Assembly: GCA_965113315.1 (NCBI GenBank)
Contig: OZ220363.1
Direction: 5' to 3' (one strand)
Length of the DNA stretch: 64,000 nucleotides
Source of the DNA: Podarcis vaucheri
Taxonomy: Eukaryota
Part shown: piece after piece, positions 21,901 through 34,312 of the stretch
How the letters are laid out: each line of letters opens with the position of its first letter
Position numbering within the stretch: position 1 is the first letter of the stretch
Made by a program: the position numbers and the translations under genes
Notes under the pieces: generated by a model
Database searches by the model: none
Told to the model about the DNA's origin: nothing
Seen by the model: only the letters and a program-made list of their open reading frames with translations

Positions 21901-24900
21901 GATTGATGTCAGGTATCTTTTTATCAAGACTAAAAAACTATCCTAAATAAAAACACAAATCAGAAAGAAAAGGGGAAAAACAAGATGAAGAAAAAAGAAG
22001 AAAAGGGGGGGGTGAGAAAATGAGAACTTCTGATTCTTCATCTGTTAGCTATATGTAGAAAATTATTCAACACATCCACTCCAAGATAAACACCCAACAA
22101 ATCTGCTTTCAAGAAACCAAAGCCAAGGTTTCTTCATACTGTGTCCCAAGGCAATCCAACTTCTACATCAAGAAAATTCCAATCCTGTGCCCAAACTCCG
22201 TTATTTGAGTAAATGTGTGGTTTATGTAGCACAGGCTTCCTCAACCTCAGCCCTCCAGATGTTTTGAGACTACGATTCCCATAATCCCTGACCACTGGTC
22301 CTGCTAGCTAGGGATCAAGGGAGTTGTAGGCCAAAAACATCTGGAGGGCCGAGGCTGAGGAAGCCTGATGTAGCATATACCTTCTCAGTTTTGATTACAT
22401 CTGAATCAGTTCAGGAAGTTTGTTCAAAGTGCTGACCTCTTTGATGAGTGTAGGGTGTACAGCAGAGGAAAAGCCAAATGCATGTATAGAAGTGTGATTT
22501 GAGGTGACATTGGAATGAGGACACAGATACTTTTGCACCCTGGAACTTTATGTGATCCCTGTCTCTTTCCAAAGTGTATTTAAACACAAGAATAAGAGAA
22601 ACGCTTGTGGAAATAATACAAGAAGCTACCTGAGATTCTCACATATCAAATTTGGTACCAACAACCCTGCCCAGAGCACTCTCCCCACCTGTTTTTTGAG
22701 TTTGCTCAGACTTTGGTGATTGCTTACTGGCAAAATATGTTACTATTCAAACCTGTTGGCCAGAGCTATGAGAAAGTTCCTCAGCAGAGGTGGGCTGGGC
22801 TCAGTTTCAGAACTCCCCCTTCCCCAGTTGCAATTTTGTCAGTTGGAGTATGTCTTGGGACATCAAACAATGCAGATCTTCTGTAGTTGTGTGTGCGCAG
22901 CTACATAGAACATGATAGCTCTGTTGGTTAGAGCATGGTGCTGATAATACCAAGGTTGCAGGTTTGTGTTATCAGCGCCCTGCTCTAACGAAGTGAGCTA
23001 TCATGCTCTAAGTGCTGAAGGCCAGGCTGCTGAAGGAAGTAACCTCTAGCATTTAAACTGTCACACTTCACTTACTGCTTAGCTGAATTATATATTTCTT
23101 CTTTCTCCTGCAGTGCAGCCATTGGAGGAACCTAGAGGAGACAGGTAGGTTTGCTCTGTATTGTCTTCATAGTGGAGATGGTTCTTGCCACCCTTCTGCC
23201 TTGCCTGCTCTCTTTTACTCAGTATTTTGACCTGTGTCATGACCTGAAAAGTGCTTCCCCAAATGGGTTTGTAGGGCTCCTTACTCATTTCCCTTCCTTA
23301 ATGGGGTCAGGTTTGGTTCTCTTTTCGGTTTCTAGAAATTGGAAGAGTCGGATGGATGCCTTCTTCTCAGGATTTAATGGCATTTCAAGGCCAAGAGGAG
23401 GCGCTCAATTGTAGTCGTCACCTACTGGATGGATGTCTGTCCGGAAAATGCCACCTGAGGCTTAGGAGACATGGGGTTCCAAGAAAGGAATGTAGGAAGG
23501 AATTAACAGTTGTGCTGTGGCAGTCTTTTCATCAGCACAAGTTTTTCAGTTTCTCAGACAGAACAATTCCCCATCTCCCCCTGCCCCTGTTCTGGAAGGG
23601 TCTCCCAGTCTTCCCCTTGCTGATTTCCCTGTGGGGAGGGAGTCCTATTCCACAGGCAGAGGTTCTTGTGCAAGTCCCTGTTAGCAGGACTAGTTAGTTG
23701 AATCCTGCCCCTTTTGGGTGGGCTTCACCTAACCAGCCCCATTGGTGAAAGCCCTGCTCAGGAACTTTGCTTGTGGCTTTCCCTCCTCTCTTTCCCCCAC
23801 CCCACAAATTGGCTCTGGGGGAGTTGGAGGAACCAATGAGGGGAGAGGCAAGCTGAATTACTTACACATATGGAACAATTGAAAGAGGTCAACATTTGGC
23901 CATAACTTTGTTCCACAACAACTTTGATAGCTTTCTGTTAATACTGCCTGCAGGAAGTGATTCTCTGTTGCTTGTGGCAAGCGTACCTGGAAGGTCTAAA
24001 GTGCTGATACATTGTTTCCATCCCTGTAGTGACAGTGAGATGGCAAGAGCGCAGCCTCACTTGTTAAGTGTCCCAGAGCTCTGTCGTTTCCTGGCAGAGA
24101 GCTGGATTACCTTCAGATTGTACCTTCAGGAGCTGCTGCAATACAAGAGGCAAAACCCTGCTAAGGTAAGCTGGGAGTCATCAGGCCCTCTCAGGGAAAA
24201 TCCTAGAACATGGCTACTTTCCCCCATGCTGCCTTTGGGCCGTGACTTGTTAACACATACATACATACATACATACATATTCACATACATTTATTCAAAT
24301 ACAAATACATATCCACAGTTGCTCCTAGCACTTAGGGCTTCTTCACACTGGATTATTTTTTCTACATGGATATTGCTTCAGTTTAAGAAAGGATGTGCAT
24401 ACACAACAACATGTGGTGTAAACGTTGTATTCCAAACAGCAATTTTAAGGGAATCTAGTATTTTTCACAATATATGTGGAAACAAAAAATGGGAATAGGG
24501 TTTTAACCAAGTATGCCAGTACAGACAAGGTACAGTGTGTTCCAGAAACTATCCTGAGAAAAACAGCTGAGGGCAGACATACGCTTAGCCCGCACATACG
24601 TATTGATGTTGCTTTGTAGATGTCACTTCTTTGTTTCTTTTTCCTCCGCTGTCACCCAGTTCTGTTTAGTAATCCAAAATGCATAATGTGATATATTTGT
24701 GTTGTAACTCTGTTCTTGACATTTGTCTTTCATCGCAGAGGTGCATTTCCATGTGATGGCCTCATTCCTGCATTGAAATGTGAGATTGTTGCTTGCAGCA
24801 GTTGCTCCATATAAGCAGTAAATGAGCAGTTCTGGCCCTGAGCAGAATTCAGATTTTCTTGCTGTAGTGTCTGGGATTTATGAGCATAGATGGCAAGCAG

Positions 24901-27900
24901 CTCTCTCTATTGATTAATTAATGGCCTGTCCTTGGAGGAGAAAGCATTACCTTATATTATATAGTCCCGATCAGTTAAAGGGAAGGCAGGTAGAGAGGGG
25001 AGTAATGTATGGGTCTTATTTTATCTCAGGATGAGGGAAGTCCTGAAATCTGTTCCAGTATCTTTTGCCAGTGGCAAATTTCTTCCATTTCCATTGACAG
25101 CCTAATAGTGAATCAAACACATACTCCTTTCAGAGTGTTGGGATCGGCATAGAAAAAGTCAGGCTTTTTCCTCTTGTAGTCAGCTATTTCAGACATGCAG
25201 CTTGCTGTTGCAGGTACTTCTGGATCCCCACCCGGCTCTGTTATAACACTACCTGGCAACAGCACCCGGGAGCAAAAGAGTAGCCAATCATTCTGGCATG
25301 GCAGATACACAAAGCATTCAAAATGGCTGTGTGGGTGAATACAAGCAGTTATTAATTAGAACAAGGCTCTCTGGGATTGGGGGCATCTCTTGAGCCATTG
25401 CAAAGGTGGCTTATTGGCTGTCCTGGGAATGCTTCCACTGTGCTAAACCTTTCTTCTCTATCTCCTTTTGCCTTGTACTTCCAGTTTTGTGCCAGAGTCT
25501 GCTCAGGATGCTTGATCTTAGCGATAGTAGGACACTATGTTCCTGGAATCATGATTTCCTACATTGTCTGTGAGTATAACTGGGCTGTTTTATCCCTTAA
25601 AACTAGACATGTGACTTAGCTAAGCATATGCCCAGGAATTTTCTTTATCCAGCTCATTTAAAAGAAATTAAATGCACATAATAGTTCCGACACCTTGTGG
25701 GGAACAGGGACACAGATTGAATTTAATGAGGCGCAGCTGGTGGATGGCTGGACACTGAGTATCCTTTGGGAAATTGACTGCTTCTTTGTCTCTGAGAATA
25801 TATGCTTCTAACACTTTCTGGACTGTCTCCAGTGCTCAGTATCTTGCTGTGGCCACTGGTGGTATACCATGAACTTATCCAGAGGATGTACACACGCTTG
25901 GAGCCCATTCTGATGAAACTGGACTACAGCATGAAGGTGGATACCTTGCATCTTAAACACGAAAAGAAAAGTAAGACAACAGCTCCACAGTACCTGAAAT
26001 GCATAGCTTTTGATGATAGGATGCAGGATGTTAGTCCCAGCAAGTAAAAATTAGAAACTGGGCTGGCTAGCTAGGAGCATTCAGTCCAGTGGGGTGAGGT
26101 CCAAAATCACTGGAGATGGCTGGATTTTAATGTGCATTAGTGTCCAGTACAGTGGTACCTCGGGTTACAGACGCTTCAGGTTACAGACTCTGCTAACCCA
26201 GAAATAGTACCTCGGGTTAAGAACTTCGCTTCAGGATGAGAACAGAAATTGTGCAGTGGCGGCGCTGCGGCAGCGGGAGGCCCCATTAGCTAAAGTGGTA
26301 CCGCAGGTTAAGAACAATTTCAGGTTAAGAACAGACCTCCAGAACGAATTAAGTTCTTAACCCGAGGTACCACCGTACTGTGAGGAAGCACAGTCTGTAT
26401 GAAGCTTCTGATGAAATATTCTCCTGGTCCTCTTCTTATAGGACTAGTTCCACTGATGTCCCATTAAGCATTTTGTATGTGTTTTCTAATAGAGCGTCAA
26501 GGAAAGAGTGAGCCCGAAACTGGCAATGAGCCGATGGCAGAGACTGAAAGTGAGAGTGAGGCGGAGCTGTCTGGGTATTCTCCAGTGGTAAGAGATACAT
26601 GTTGGTGTTGAGCTTCATTCCCAAGAATTCATTTCTTTCAAGTGATGTGAGTTTGCCTGCAGGGTTGGAAGGTCTGAGATCTTGTACTTGTTCCCTTCAT
26701 AAAGGCTACTGTATTCATTCTGACTTAGGAACTTGCAGGTTTTGGAGGGCCTTCTTCCCCCACCCTCACTCCTTTGGGCCTTGCCTTATCTTCTCAACAC
26801 TATTATCACCAACTGCTCTTTTTTTGTCATTGTTACCACCTATGTGCTTGCTGGGCAAAGAGCCAGTGAACAAGCAGGTATTGGCATCTGTTGCCCCTCC
26901 TTCTCACTTTCCCAGTGGTCTTGGCCAGAGCAAAAGGCAGGTGAACAAGGAGAATGCAATGATGAAGAGGCAGAGAAGGTCCAGTGGTGGCTCGTCAGTG
27001 GTCCCACTCCTGAAGTGTGGCCCCTTAGCAGATCCATCCTGACCCTTGATGCCTGCCCTGGAAACTTGGCATGATACTTCAGATTCAGGGGGACAGAGAG
27101 GAGTAGTCAGGTTGGCATTGTAGGGGGCATCTCTCTCCAAATGCTCCCTCCAACGTCTGACTCTCCAACCTTTCTTTTCAGAGCCAAAATCACTCTATCT
27201 CTCAGGGTTTAGGCGGAAGAGTTAGTCTTGGAGGATAGTTCTTCCTCATTATTGCCATCACTAATTAGATATATAACCAACCTGGTATGTTGGATCTGGG
27301 TTCAAATTCCTGTTTGGTCAGAGTGGGTCAAGTGGGTTAAATGTTTAAGACACATAAGCATGTCCAATTTTAAATCCAGAAAATAAGATGGCAGAATCCC
27401 AAGTCACTGATTCCTCTACAGTTAATCTTACAACTAATTTTTGTAATTGGAATATCCATCTTTTTGATAATCCATGCATTGTTTCCATTCAGTAAAAGGT
27501 TAATATTTTTAGTGCATCCCTCTTTGAAATCCAAGTTAATATTGGCTCAGACTCTGATGGCCGAGATTCTAGGCTAACAGGTGGGACCTAGTGGCTCCAC
27601 TGTAAGGTGGAGATTTTTAGTCACAAGAACAAAAAAATGTCCTCATGCTCCTCCTTTTTGCAGGTGGATGTGAAAAAGACAGCTCTGGCGTTGTCAATTA
27701 CAGACTCTGAGCTCTCTGATGAGGAGGCCTCTATCCTGGAGAGTGGAGGCTTCTCCGTCTCCAGAGCTACCACACCACAGCTGACCGACGTGTCTGAAGG
27801 TGCCATTTTCTTACTCCCCAAACCCAAATGCTGCATATTATTTGGGGCCACTGTGTAGTAGAGTACAAGTTGTGTTCCCTTCTAGAGTGTTCAGAGATGA

Positions 27901-30900
27901 AAACTAGGATATGAAGGGTAGTTGTAGGGCTTAGAATTCATGAGAATGATGAACTTTGGGCTGAAAAGGACCAAAATCAAATCTGATTTCCAGATTTTGA
28001 GTGGCCCCTGAATACAGCTGTCTTTACCAGGAAACATGGATGTACTTGTTTACTATATTTTTACATGTTACCATGCAGAGTCCAGTGTCTTTATTATTTC
28101 TTGATTGATGATAGACATCCTGCACTGTTCCGTAACTTGCAGGCCATTGGGAGAATGCGAGTAGCTCCCTTACTATGGGGGTTACTGGTGCAACAGCCCA
28201 AGTTCTTCTGCAGCATTGTTAAGTCTTCAGGGATTAGCTGTCCACTCTAGGCTCTCCTTGCCTGAGCTTTGATCCCCCTATACTCTTCTCCCCCACCTAA
28301 GATGAACAGCTGACATTACCAAGGCAACATATTTCACTGAGGATTGCAGTCCTTGAGGCTGTAAACCAAAAAGACCCACTTCTTCAACCAATTTCATTGT
28401 CACCCTAGCCTTACCTTACATCAGGAGTGGTCAACCTTTTTAGACCAAGGGCAGCATTTCCTCTCTCCCAGTGATTGGTGGACTGAGCAGAAAATGTAAA
28501 TTTTGCCTCTGTATAGTAGGCTACTTTCTAAGCACACTTGCACACCCATTTCTCTCCTCCATCCAGGCCAGCAAGAGGCAGTATCAGAATTCAGTGACAC
28601 ATCCCAGCCAGGCAAAAACACTCGAGGAAGGGTACAAACCAGGGCTGGTGGGAGGTGTGGCTTTGGTGGAGAAGGGTGTGGTAGGAAGTGTAGCCTTACC
28701 AAATCCTGAGGGCCAGATGGAGAGGCCTAGAAGGCTGCATCTGGCCCTGAACCTGAGCTTCCTTTCCCCTGAGCATAACTTTTATTCATTTGCAAGCCTC
28801 CTACCCCCAAACCACACACAACAGTGTAAATTGAAAACCATAAAGGATGGTATTTTAATCCAAAAACTAGAACACTTGTACTATATAGATGTTGTAGTAG
28901 CTAGTGGTAATGTGGTATCATTACTGCTAAATCTCTGTGTATGTGAAAATCCAAAGTATTGGGTCTTGTTCTATAATAGCTCATTTACACACTTAGAAGT
29001 AGCAGTTGCAGCCAATTCCACTGCAGTAGCATGCAGAGCTTTTCCTGAGGCTTTACCAATGAGGAAGAACCTGGTGGAGTAACTTCAGGGAGCCCCAGCC
29101 TGCAATGCTAAGTATGATTGTTGTTGTTTGTATAGTGCCATAGAGTGCTTTGAAGCACATCAGCTTTGTTATCATGTTATCCTAGCTACCTTGTATGATA
29201 GGTCAGGGTTGTTGCCATGGTGCATGTTGGCACCAATGACGTGGGGAAATGTCATGTAACCCTGGAAACACAATTTAGGTAGCTAAGTTGGAGGTTGAGA
29301 GCCAGGACCTTCACGGTAGATTTATTTTAAATGCTACCTTTTCCATGCACAAGGTCAGCTAGACAGGCAGGGTTGAGCAGTTCAGTGTATGGATGAGTTG
29401 GTGGAGAGGTTTGGATTTGTTAAGCACTGAGAAGTGTTCTGGGACAAGCCAGGGACAGGCTCCATTTCAGCCGGGATGGAACCAGACTATATATGCTTAA
29501 AGTCTAAAAAGTGGCAAAGCAGCTATTCAGGTGTGTGCTGGGAGAAAGCCACTTGAAGCTGAGGATCATCTTGTTTGGGGCAAACCATCCAGGGGAATCC
29601 AGGAAATTTCAGGGTGGTTAGTTTAATGTCTCTTCTGGGAAAACTGGTAGCAAGCATAATTAAAGATTGGAATACCAAGCATATAGAAGGACAAGCTTTG
29701 CTGAGGCAGAATCAGTGTGGCTTCTGCAAGGGTAAGTCCTGTGTTTGAGAATGTCAGCAAGCACATAGAGAGAGAGAAAGAAGTGATCCAGTTGACATAG
29801 TGTACTTAAACTTTCAAAAAGCCATTGACTATGGAGTCCCTTGCCCAAGACACCTGATTAAGTTTAGCAGCTGTGAAATAAGAGGACATGCTGTTATAGA
29901 TCAGGACTGGTTAAGAAACAGCAGAGAGTAGAAATTAAGGAAGGGTTTTCCCAATGCAGTGGTGTCCAAACTTTTTTCAAAGAGGGCAGGATTTGATGTA
30001 GTGAAGGGCCATGAGGGCCGATCAAAGGGCCAACCAAAGTTTTTAAGCTTTTTTCAGGATTAAAGTTGTGGAGGTTTTTTTTAGGATTTTACCCCAGGAA
30101 ATAAACAGCCACAGGGGCCGGATTAAACCTACCAGCAGGGCCGAATGAGGCCCCCAAAATGGACTTTGGACATGCCTGCAATAGAGGGATGTAGGAAGTG
30201 GGGTCCACCAAGGTTTGGTGTTGGTACTGGTGCTTTTTAAACTTGTTCATAAATGATCTAGAGTTGGGAGTGAACAATAAGGTAGCCAAGTTTGCTGCTG
30301 ATACTAAATTTTTAGGGGTGGTTAAAACAGAAAGGAATTGCGATGGGCTTCAAAAGGAGAAGTAGACATTAAAATGGGAAATGCAATTAAATGTAAGCAA
30401 TGTAAGATTATGCATGGCGTAGAGAAAGAGAGGTGTTTCTCATAATACAAAAATCTGAGGACATGTAATGAAGCTGCATGTTGGAAAATTCAGAACAAAC
30501 AAGAGGAGGTTCACATAGCACATACCGTAGTTTAAACTATGGAATTAGTTCCAACAAGACGTAGTAATGGCCATCAATGTGGATGGATTTAAAAGACAAA
30601 TTTCTGGATGATAAAGCTGTCAATGGCTGCTGGCCACAATGGCTTTGTTCACCGTCCACTAGTGTGTCTGAATTCCAGTTGCTGGGAGTTCCAAGCGGGA
30701 AGAGTGCTGTTTCACTCATGTCCTGCTTGTGGATTTCTCATAGGCATATGAGAACAGGATGCAGGACTAGATGGGGCTTAGGTCTGATTCAGCAAGGCTG
30801 TTCTTATGTTTTTATTTCCCCCATATTGTAGTGCAGGGGGCAGGAGTGAGAATGAGATAGTGGTGGTATATCTAAAGCACCTAATGAGTACATGGCAAAA

Positions 30901-31986
30901 GTGAGATTCAAACCAAGGAATTCACACTCTTCATAGCCACTATGATACACAGCTTTCATACATCAGCATTAACGTGCATGATACTGCATACATTTACCAG
31001 CTCAGATTTGTTCTGGTGAGATGATTGAACAAGAAAGAAAAGCAGTAGCAAGATCATAGTGGGGTTGGTGACTTTTAATCAGGGAGTACAGTTATAGAAC
31101 AGCAGAAACTGACCTGTTAATGAAAGAATAGGAAAGAACATTTCTGTTCAAGGATAAGATGATAAGGAGGCACACAAAGGCAAGTACCGTAAGTGTATTC
31201 AGAAAACAGACTGGCAGCTGAGCTTGGAATGGCAATTGATGATTGAGAACAGGGAATTCTGGGGTGTTTGGGGAGGCCATGTTCATATTCCCAATATGCT
31301 TTTCAGATCTGGACCAGCAGAGCCTTCCCAGTGAGCCAGAAGAGTCCTTCTCCAAGGACTTGGCAGAGTTTCCTTCTGTGGAAGAGTTTCATTCCAGAGA
31401 CTTGGGACCACCCAGTGAGGATGACAACTTTGCAGTGCCTGCCCACACTGCCCACCAACTGGACTCTGCTGAGAAAGACGGCGTGGCGGCAGCAGCCATG
31501 AGTTCAGACACATCCATCCTGTGCCTGGCCTCACCCCTGCACTTTGTAAATACGCACTTCAACGGGAACGGGCAGGCAGTGGCAGGAGGAGCCCTGGAGC
31601 CCCAACCTGTCACTGCCCAAGGCCTGGGGCTGCACATCGATTCACTGAGCCAAGAGATTGTCACCACCGCTATCAGTACAGTAGTGCAGAACACCCTGTC
31701 AGCCCTGCTCCGCTCCTCTGAGGACAACGAGGGGCCTTCTCTCTCTGAGTTCCTGCCCACTGAGCCCGAGGAGAGACTGAGCTTCCAGGCCCAGCTGTCT
31801 GAGAGTGCGGAGGTGGGGGCAGCCTCTCTGCCTGGGGAGGAGGAGGAGGAGGAAGCTGATGATTTTGAGCTGCTTGATCAGAGGGAGCTGGAGCAGATGG
31901 ATGCAGAACTTGGCCTTTCTGGAGAGACAGAGGCTCAAGCGACACCGGCTCTCCCTCCTGAAGAAGAATCCTTGCCCAGCTCCTAG
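13596..31986 (+). CDS. RETREG2: Reticulophagy regulator 2 / FAM134A, ER-phagy receptor (9 exons, 553 aa)
   Basis: Exons: 13596-13849 ([27 protein letters not shown]..), 19047-19153, 23114-23144, 24030-24165 ([26 protein letters not shown]), 25485-25569, 25833-25970 ([25 protein letters not shown]), 26493-26587, 27664-27799 ([45 protein letters not shown]), 31307-31986. GT-AG with consistent phases; 1662 nt. Reticulon-homology hydrophobic segments and the C-terminal LIR DDFELL are present. Confidence 0.97.
14487..14712 (-). mobile_element. Tigger/mariner-like MITE (~230 bp), opposite orientation to the 18349 and 26150 copies
   Basis: TA TSD; TIRs CAGTGGTATCTCGGGTTA / TAACCCGAGGTGCCACTG. Confidence 0.85.
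17224..17581 (+). mobile_element. Sauria SINE, full length
   Basis: GGGACGCGGGTGGCGCTGTGG head, GTTCGAATCC B box, ACCTTTACCTTTA tail; imperfect TSD TGCTC(A/G)GGCTA. Confidence 0.92.
18349..18590 (+). mobile_element. Tigger/mariner-like MITE
   Basis: TA TSD; TIRs CAGTGGTACCTCGGGTTA / TAACCCGAGGTACCACTG. Confidence 0.88.
18675..18810. mobile_element. hAT MITE (136 bp)
   Basis: 8-bp TSD GCCTAGAT (18667-18674, 18811-18818); long inverted arms GGCAAACTCGGCCCT..AGGGCCGAGTTTGCC. Confidence 0.85.
18888..18920 (+). repeat. (TAAG)n microsatellite
   Basis: About 8 perfect units. Confidence 0.9.
22232..22367. mobile_element. hAT MITE (136 bp)
   Basis: 8-bp TSD ATGTAGCA (22224-22231, 22368-22375); TIRs CAGGCTTCCTCA..TGAGGAAGCCTG. 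Confidence 0.88.
22911..23005. repeat. Fold-back of a tRNA-Ile(GAT)-like / SINE-head sequence
   Basis: GATAGCTCTGTTGGTTAGAGCATGGTGCTGATAATACCAAGGTTGCAGGTT followed by an inverted, diverged copy of its 5' half. Confidence 0.75.
24256..24290 (+). repeat. (CATA)n microsatellite
   Basis: ACATACATACATACATACATAC.. in RETREG2 intron 4. Confidence 0.8.
26150..26375 (+). mobile_element. Tigger/mariner-like MITE
   Basis: TA TSD; TIRs CAGTGGTACCTCGGGTTA / TAACCCGAGGTACCACCG; same family as 14487 and 18349. Confidence 0.88.
28421..28770. mobile_element. Old hAT-like non-autonomous element
   Basis: CAGGAGTGGTCAACCTTTTT start, GAGGGCCAGAT..ATCTGGCCC subterminal inverted motif and CCCCTG end. Related remnants near 35260-35460, 46905-47100 and 60930-61070. 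Confidence 0.5.
29665..30810 (+). mobile_element. Degenerate CR1 (L3-like) LINE fragment: RT region plus 3' UTR
   Basis: Decayed RT segments (GFCKGKSC-, [11 protein letters not shown]-, SGVHQG-, LFINDL- and KFAADTK-like) with stops and frameshifts, ending in a CR1-type 3' UTR ..GGACTAGATGG..TTCTTATGTT. Confidence 0.8.
29957..30178. mobile_element. hAT-like MITE nested in the CR1 fragment
   Basis: Ends CAGTGGTGTCCAAACT / ACTTTGGACATGCCTG; interrupts the CR1 RT sequence, which resumes at about 30180. Confidence 0.7.
31858..31875 (+). other. RETREG2: LC3-interacting region (LIR) DDFELL of RETREG2
   Basis: GAT GAT TTT GAG CTG CTT encodes DDFELL after an acidic run (EEEEEEA), the FAM134-family LIR. 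Confidence 0.9.
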
Positions 31987-33283
31987 GTCCCACTGCTCCC
32001 CTGTATTTCTGCAGCTGCAAGGGAAGGACAAGTGAACACACAGCAGAGTTTGGTCTGTGCTGACTGGGGACGGCAAAACATCCACATTCACAGTGTTATG
32101 TCTGGAATAGTGAGTCCTCTTCCTAGTGTTGGCCTTCCAAGCAGGGTGTTGCGTCTTGCCCATGCTTCCTAGTGGTGATGCAATCTTTTTTGGTCTGCTG
32201 CTGCAATTTGTCTGTCTTTGTCTATTCATTTTGTTTTTTTGCACGCCGCATCCTCAGCTAGATATCCCCGCTGCTCGCACCCACTGTTCATGCCCCCCCA
32301 GTAGGAAGGAAAGCAGTTTTCTTGGATGGAGGGGGGTGCCAGAGGGTCTACATTGTAAATATTTTTATGAAAACATTGGTTTGTTTAGTTGGGAAGAGGG
32401 AGAAGGGATTGGTGGTATGGAGAAAACGGGTTGAGGTGGGTTTCTTCCCTTGAGTTAGAAATTTCGGGGTGGAGGGGAAGTAGGGCTTCAAAGGAGACAT
32501 CGTGTGGAGTATATTTGCTGTCAGGACAAGATGAGGGGGCACAATTGAGCTTTGCTGCCCACCTTGTACAAGAATAGCAGCTGCTTTTGCACTTCCGAGC
32601 ACTAGCCCTTTCCCTTAACTTTCACCCTACAACCCAATTTCCTTTATTCAGTTGTGTGAATATGACACCTGATTTGGGCTCCAGGAAGTGGGTAGTCTGG
32701 TCCTGTAGATTCTCAACTCCAAGGCCAGGCTGTCTGTAGGCTCTTTAATTTACTTGGGAAAACACAAAGCAATTTGCAGTGACTTGAAAGCTTCCTCTTC
32801 CACTGCTGCACTTTAAAAGCAAAATCCCCTTATATCTACTTCTTGTCACCTTTCTCTAAGGCCTGGCTGAGCCAGCTCTGCCCTATGATGTACCCTGGCC
32901 AGAGCACAATCTTCTGCTGCCCTCAGCCTTGCCTTAGGGAAAAGAGCAGAGCAGCTTGAAAAGGAATGATGTGTGTAGGACATTGGGAAGAACATTCTCC
33001 AACTCCAAGCTCTCTAGGCTTATCTCCACTCTACTCCCACTCTCAAATCACTTTTGAAACCTCAGGGGTTTCACTCTTTATAGTCTTTTGCTAATTGGAG
33101 TAGTGTGCCCATTTATGTTCTCAGGAGAAAGGAGGGACTAAATGGGAGTGGAGGATTGTTTGGGTTTTTTCCTCCAAAGGTGGTTACCGCCCCTGATACC
33201 TATTGCTGCTTGCACAGGTTTGCAGAATATTAATTCTAGGATCTGATGGCTGAGTCTTTCAAATATTGATTTTAAGTTGCAAT

Positions 33284-33289
33284 AATAAA
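33284..33289 (+). terminator. Candidate proximal poly(A) signal of RETREG2
   Basis: AATAAA followed by GT/T-rich sequence, about 1.3 kb after the stop codon. Confidence 0.5.
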
Positions 33290-34306
33290 GTGGGTTTTTA
33301 ATTAAATGGAAACAGAGATGCCCCCGATTGGGAGTGTATCTTTGTTAAGAGGCAGCAGTCTGTCTTCAGTAATAGCGTTCTCGACTGAGTGGATACTGTT
33401 TGCTCCCAGTAATGGATCTCATTTTTTGCCTCTTTTCCAATGATTGCTGGAGAAGCTGAGTGGGTTGGGGAGTGTCATGAATTGGCCATTTTCTTGTTGT
33501 TGAAAATTTTCAAGCTGGGCACTTCCAGGCGATTCCTGACGCTTTCACATTCTCACAAGTGACTGCAGCTTTGCAGATGCAGGCCCTAAAGCTGTGATAG
33601 CTTGCCCTGCAGGCCTCAGCATTTTAAACTGCACTTCTGAGAGTTTATGATCAAGGTGAAGGTGCTGCCTCTCAGCAAGAGGGGCCACCAATCAATTCCA
33701 AGCACATTTGCAAGACCCCAGTTCTTGCCTTTTGCACCCTTCAAGTTTCATCGCTTGCTGAGTCAGTCACTGGCCCACTCTTTGTATCGAGGATGGCTGC
33801 CTGTCTCAGGTTCCTTCAGTCATGGGGCAATGATTTTCTTTAAATGCAAAATGATCTTGTTCTCCAGAGTTGGTTTCCTTTCTGACCTGTGTTGCCTGCC
33901 CCATCCCATCCCAGCCCCAGTCAAATGTTGAGGGGAGGATGCCTGTTAATACAGCTTCCTCCTAATGTCTGCACTTTGGAAATGGGCAGCCACGTAGCAC
34001 TGAGTGTGGAGCTTGCTCGCCTTTGTGTTGTGTCCTGAGCACAAATTTTGCTACCCCTACCACCAGCCAGAAGCCCTAGCTTTCCCATTCTGGTGCAGGA
34101 GGCATGTTATATGTTTGTGTTTTTCTCTGAAGCTCTAAGCTGTCTTCCTCTCCTTTGGTGGCAACAGCGCCATAATGCTCCATGATAGGGGCCTTTTGAG
34201 GAAGGGCTGGGAGGCTGCTGATGTCACCCAGGAAAGGCAGAGGGCTTTGAACTGTGTAGCGGTGTTTATTCTATGGCTAAATATTTAAAAAAACTGTAGT
34301 CTTTTT

Positions 34307-34312
34307 AATAAA
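34307..34312 (+). terminator. Candidate distal poly(A) signal of RETREG2
   Basis: AATAAA in an AT-rich context with upstream TGTA and a downstream T/GT-rich tract. Confidence 0.5.

Noticed and set aside
22914-22975. Functional tRNA-Ile(GAT) gene
   Set aside because: No acceptor stem or complete T arm and B box; the 3' part is replaced by an inverted copy.
23896-24498. 200-aa ORF as a single-exon gene
   Set aside because: Only 24030-24165 is RETREG2 exon 4; the flanks are intron read-through that includes a microsatellite.
26958-27045. Possible C/D box snoRNA (ATGATGA..CTGA) in RETREG2 intron 7
   Set aside because: No convincing terminal stem or recognisable rRNA antisense element; the motifs are expected by chance.
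28471-29082. 203-aa intronic ORF
   Set aside because: Starts at a non-ATG codon, overlaps a decayed hAT-like element and has no recognisable protein features.
29665-30420. Active reverse transcriptase
   Set aside because: Multiple stops, frameshifts and deletions, a mutated catalytic motif (FAAD) and a nested MITE.
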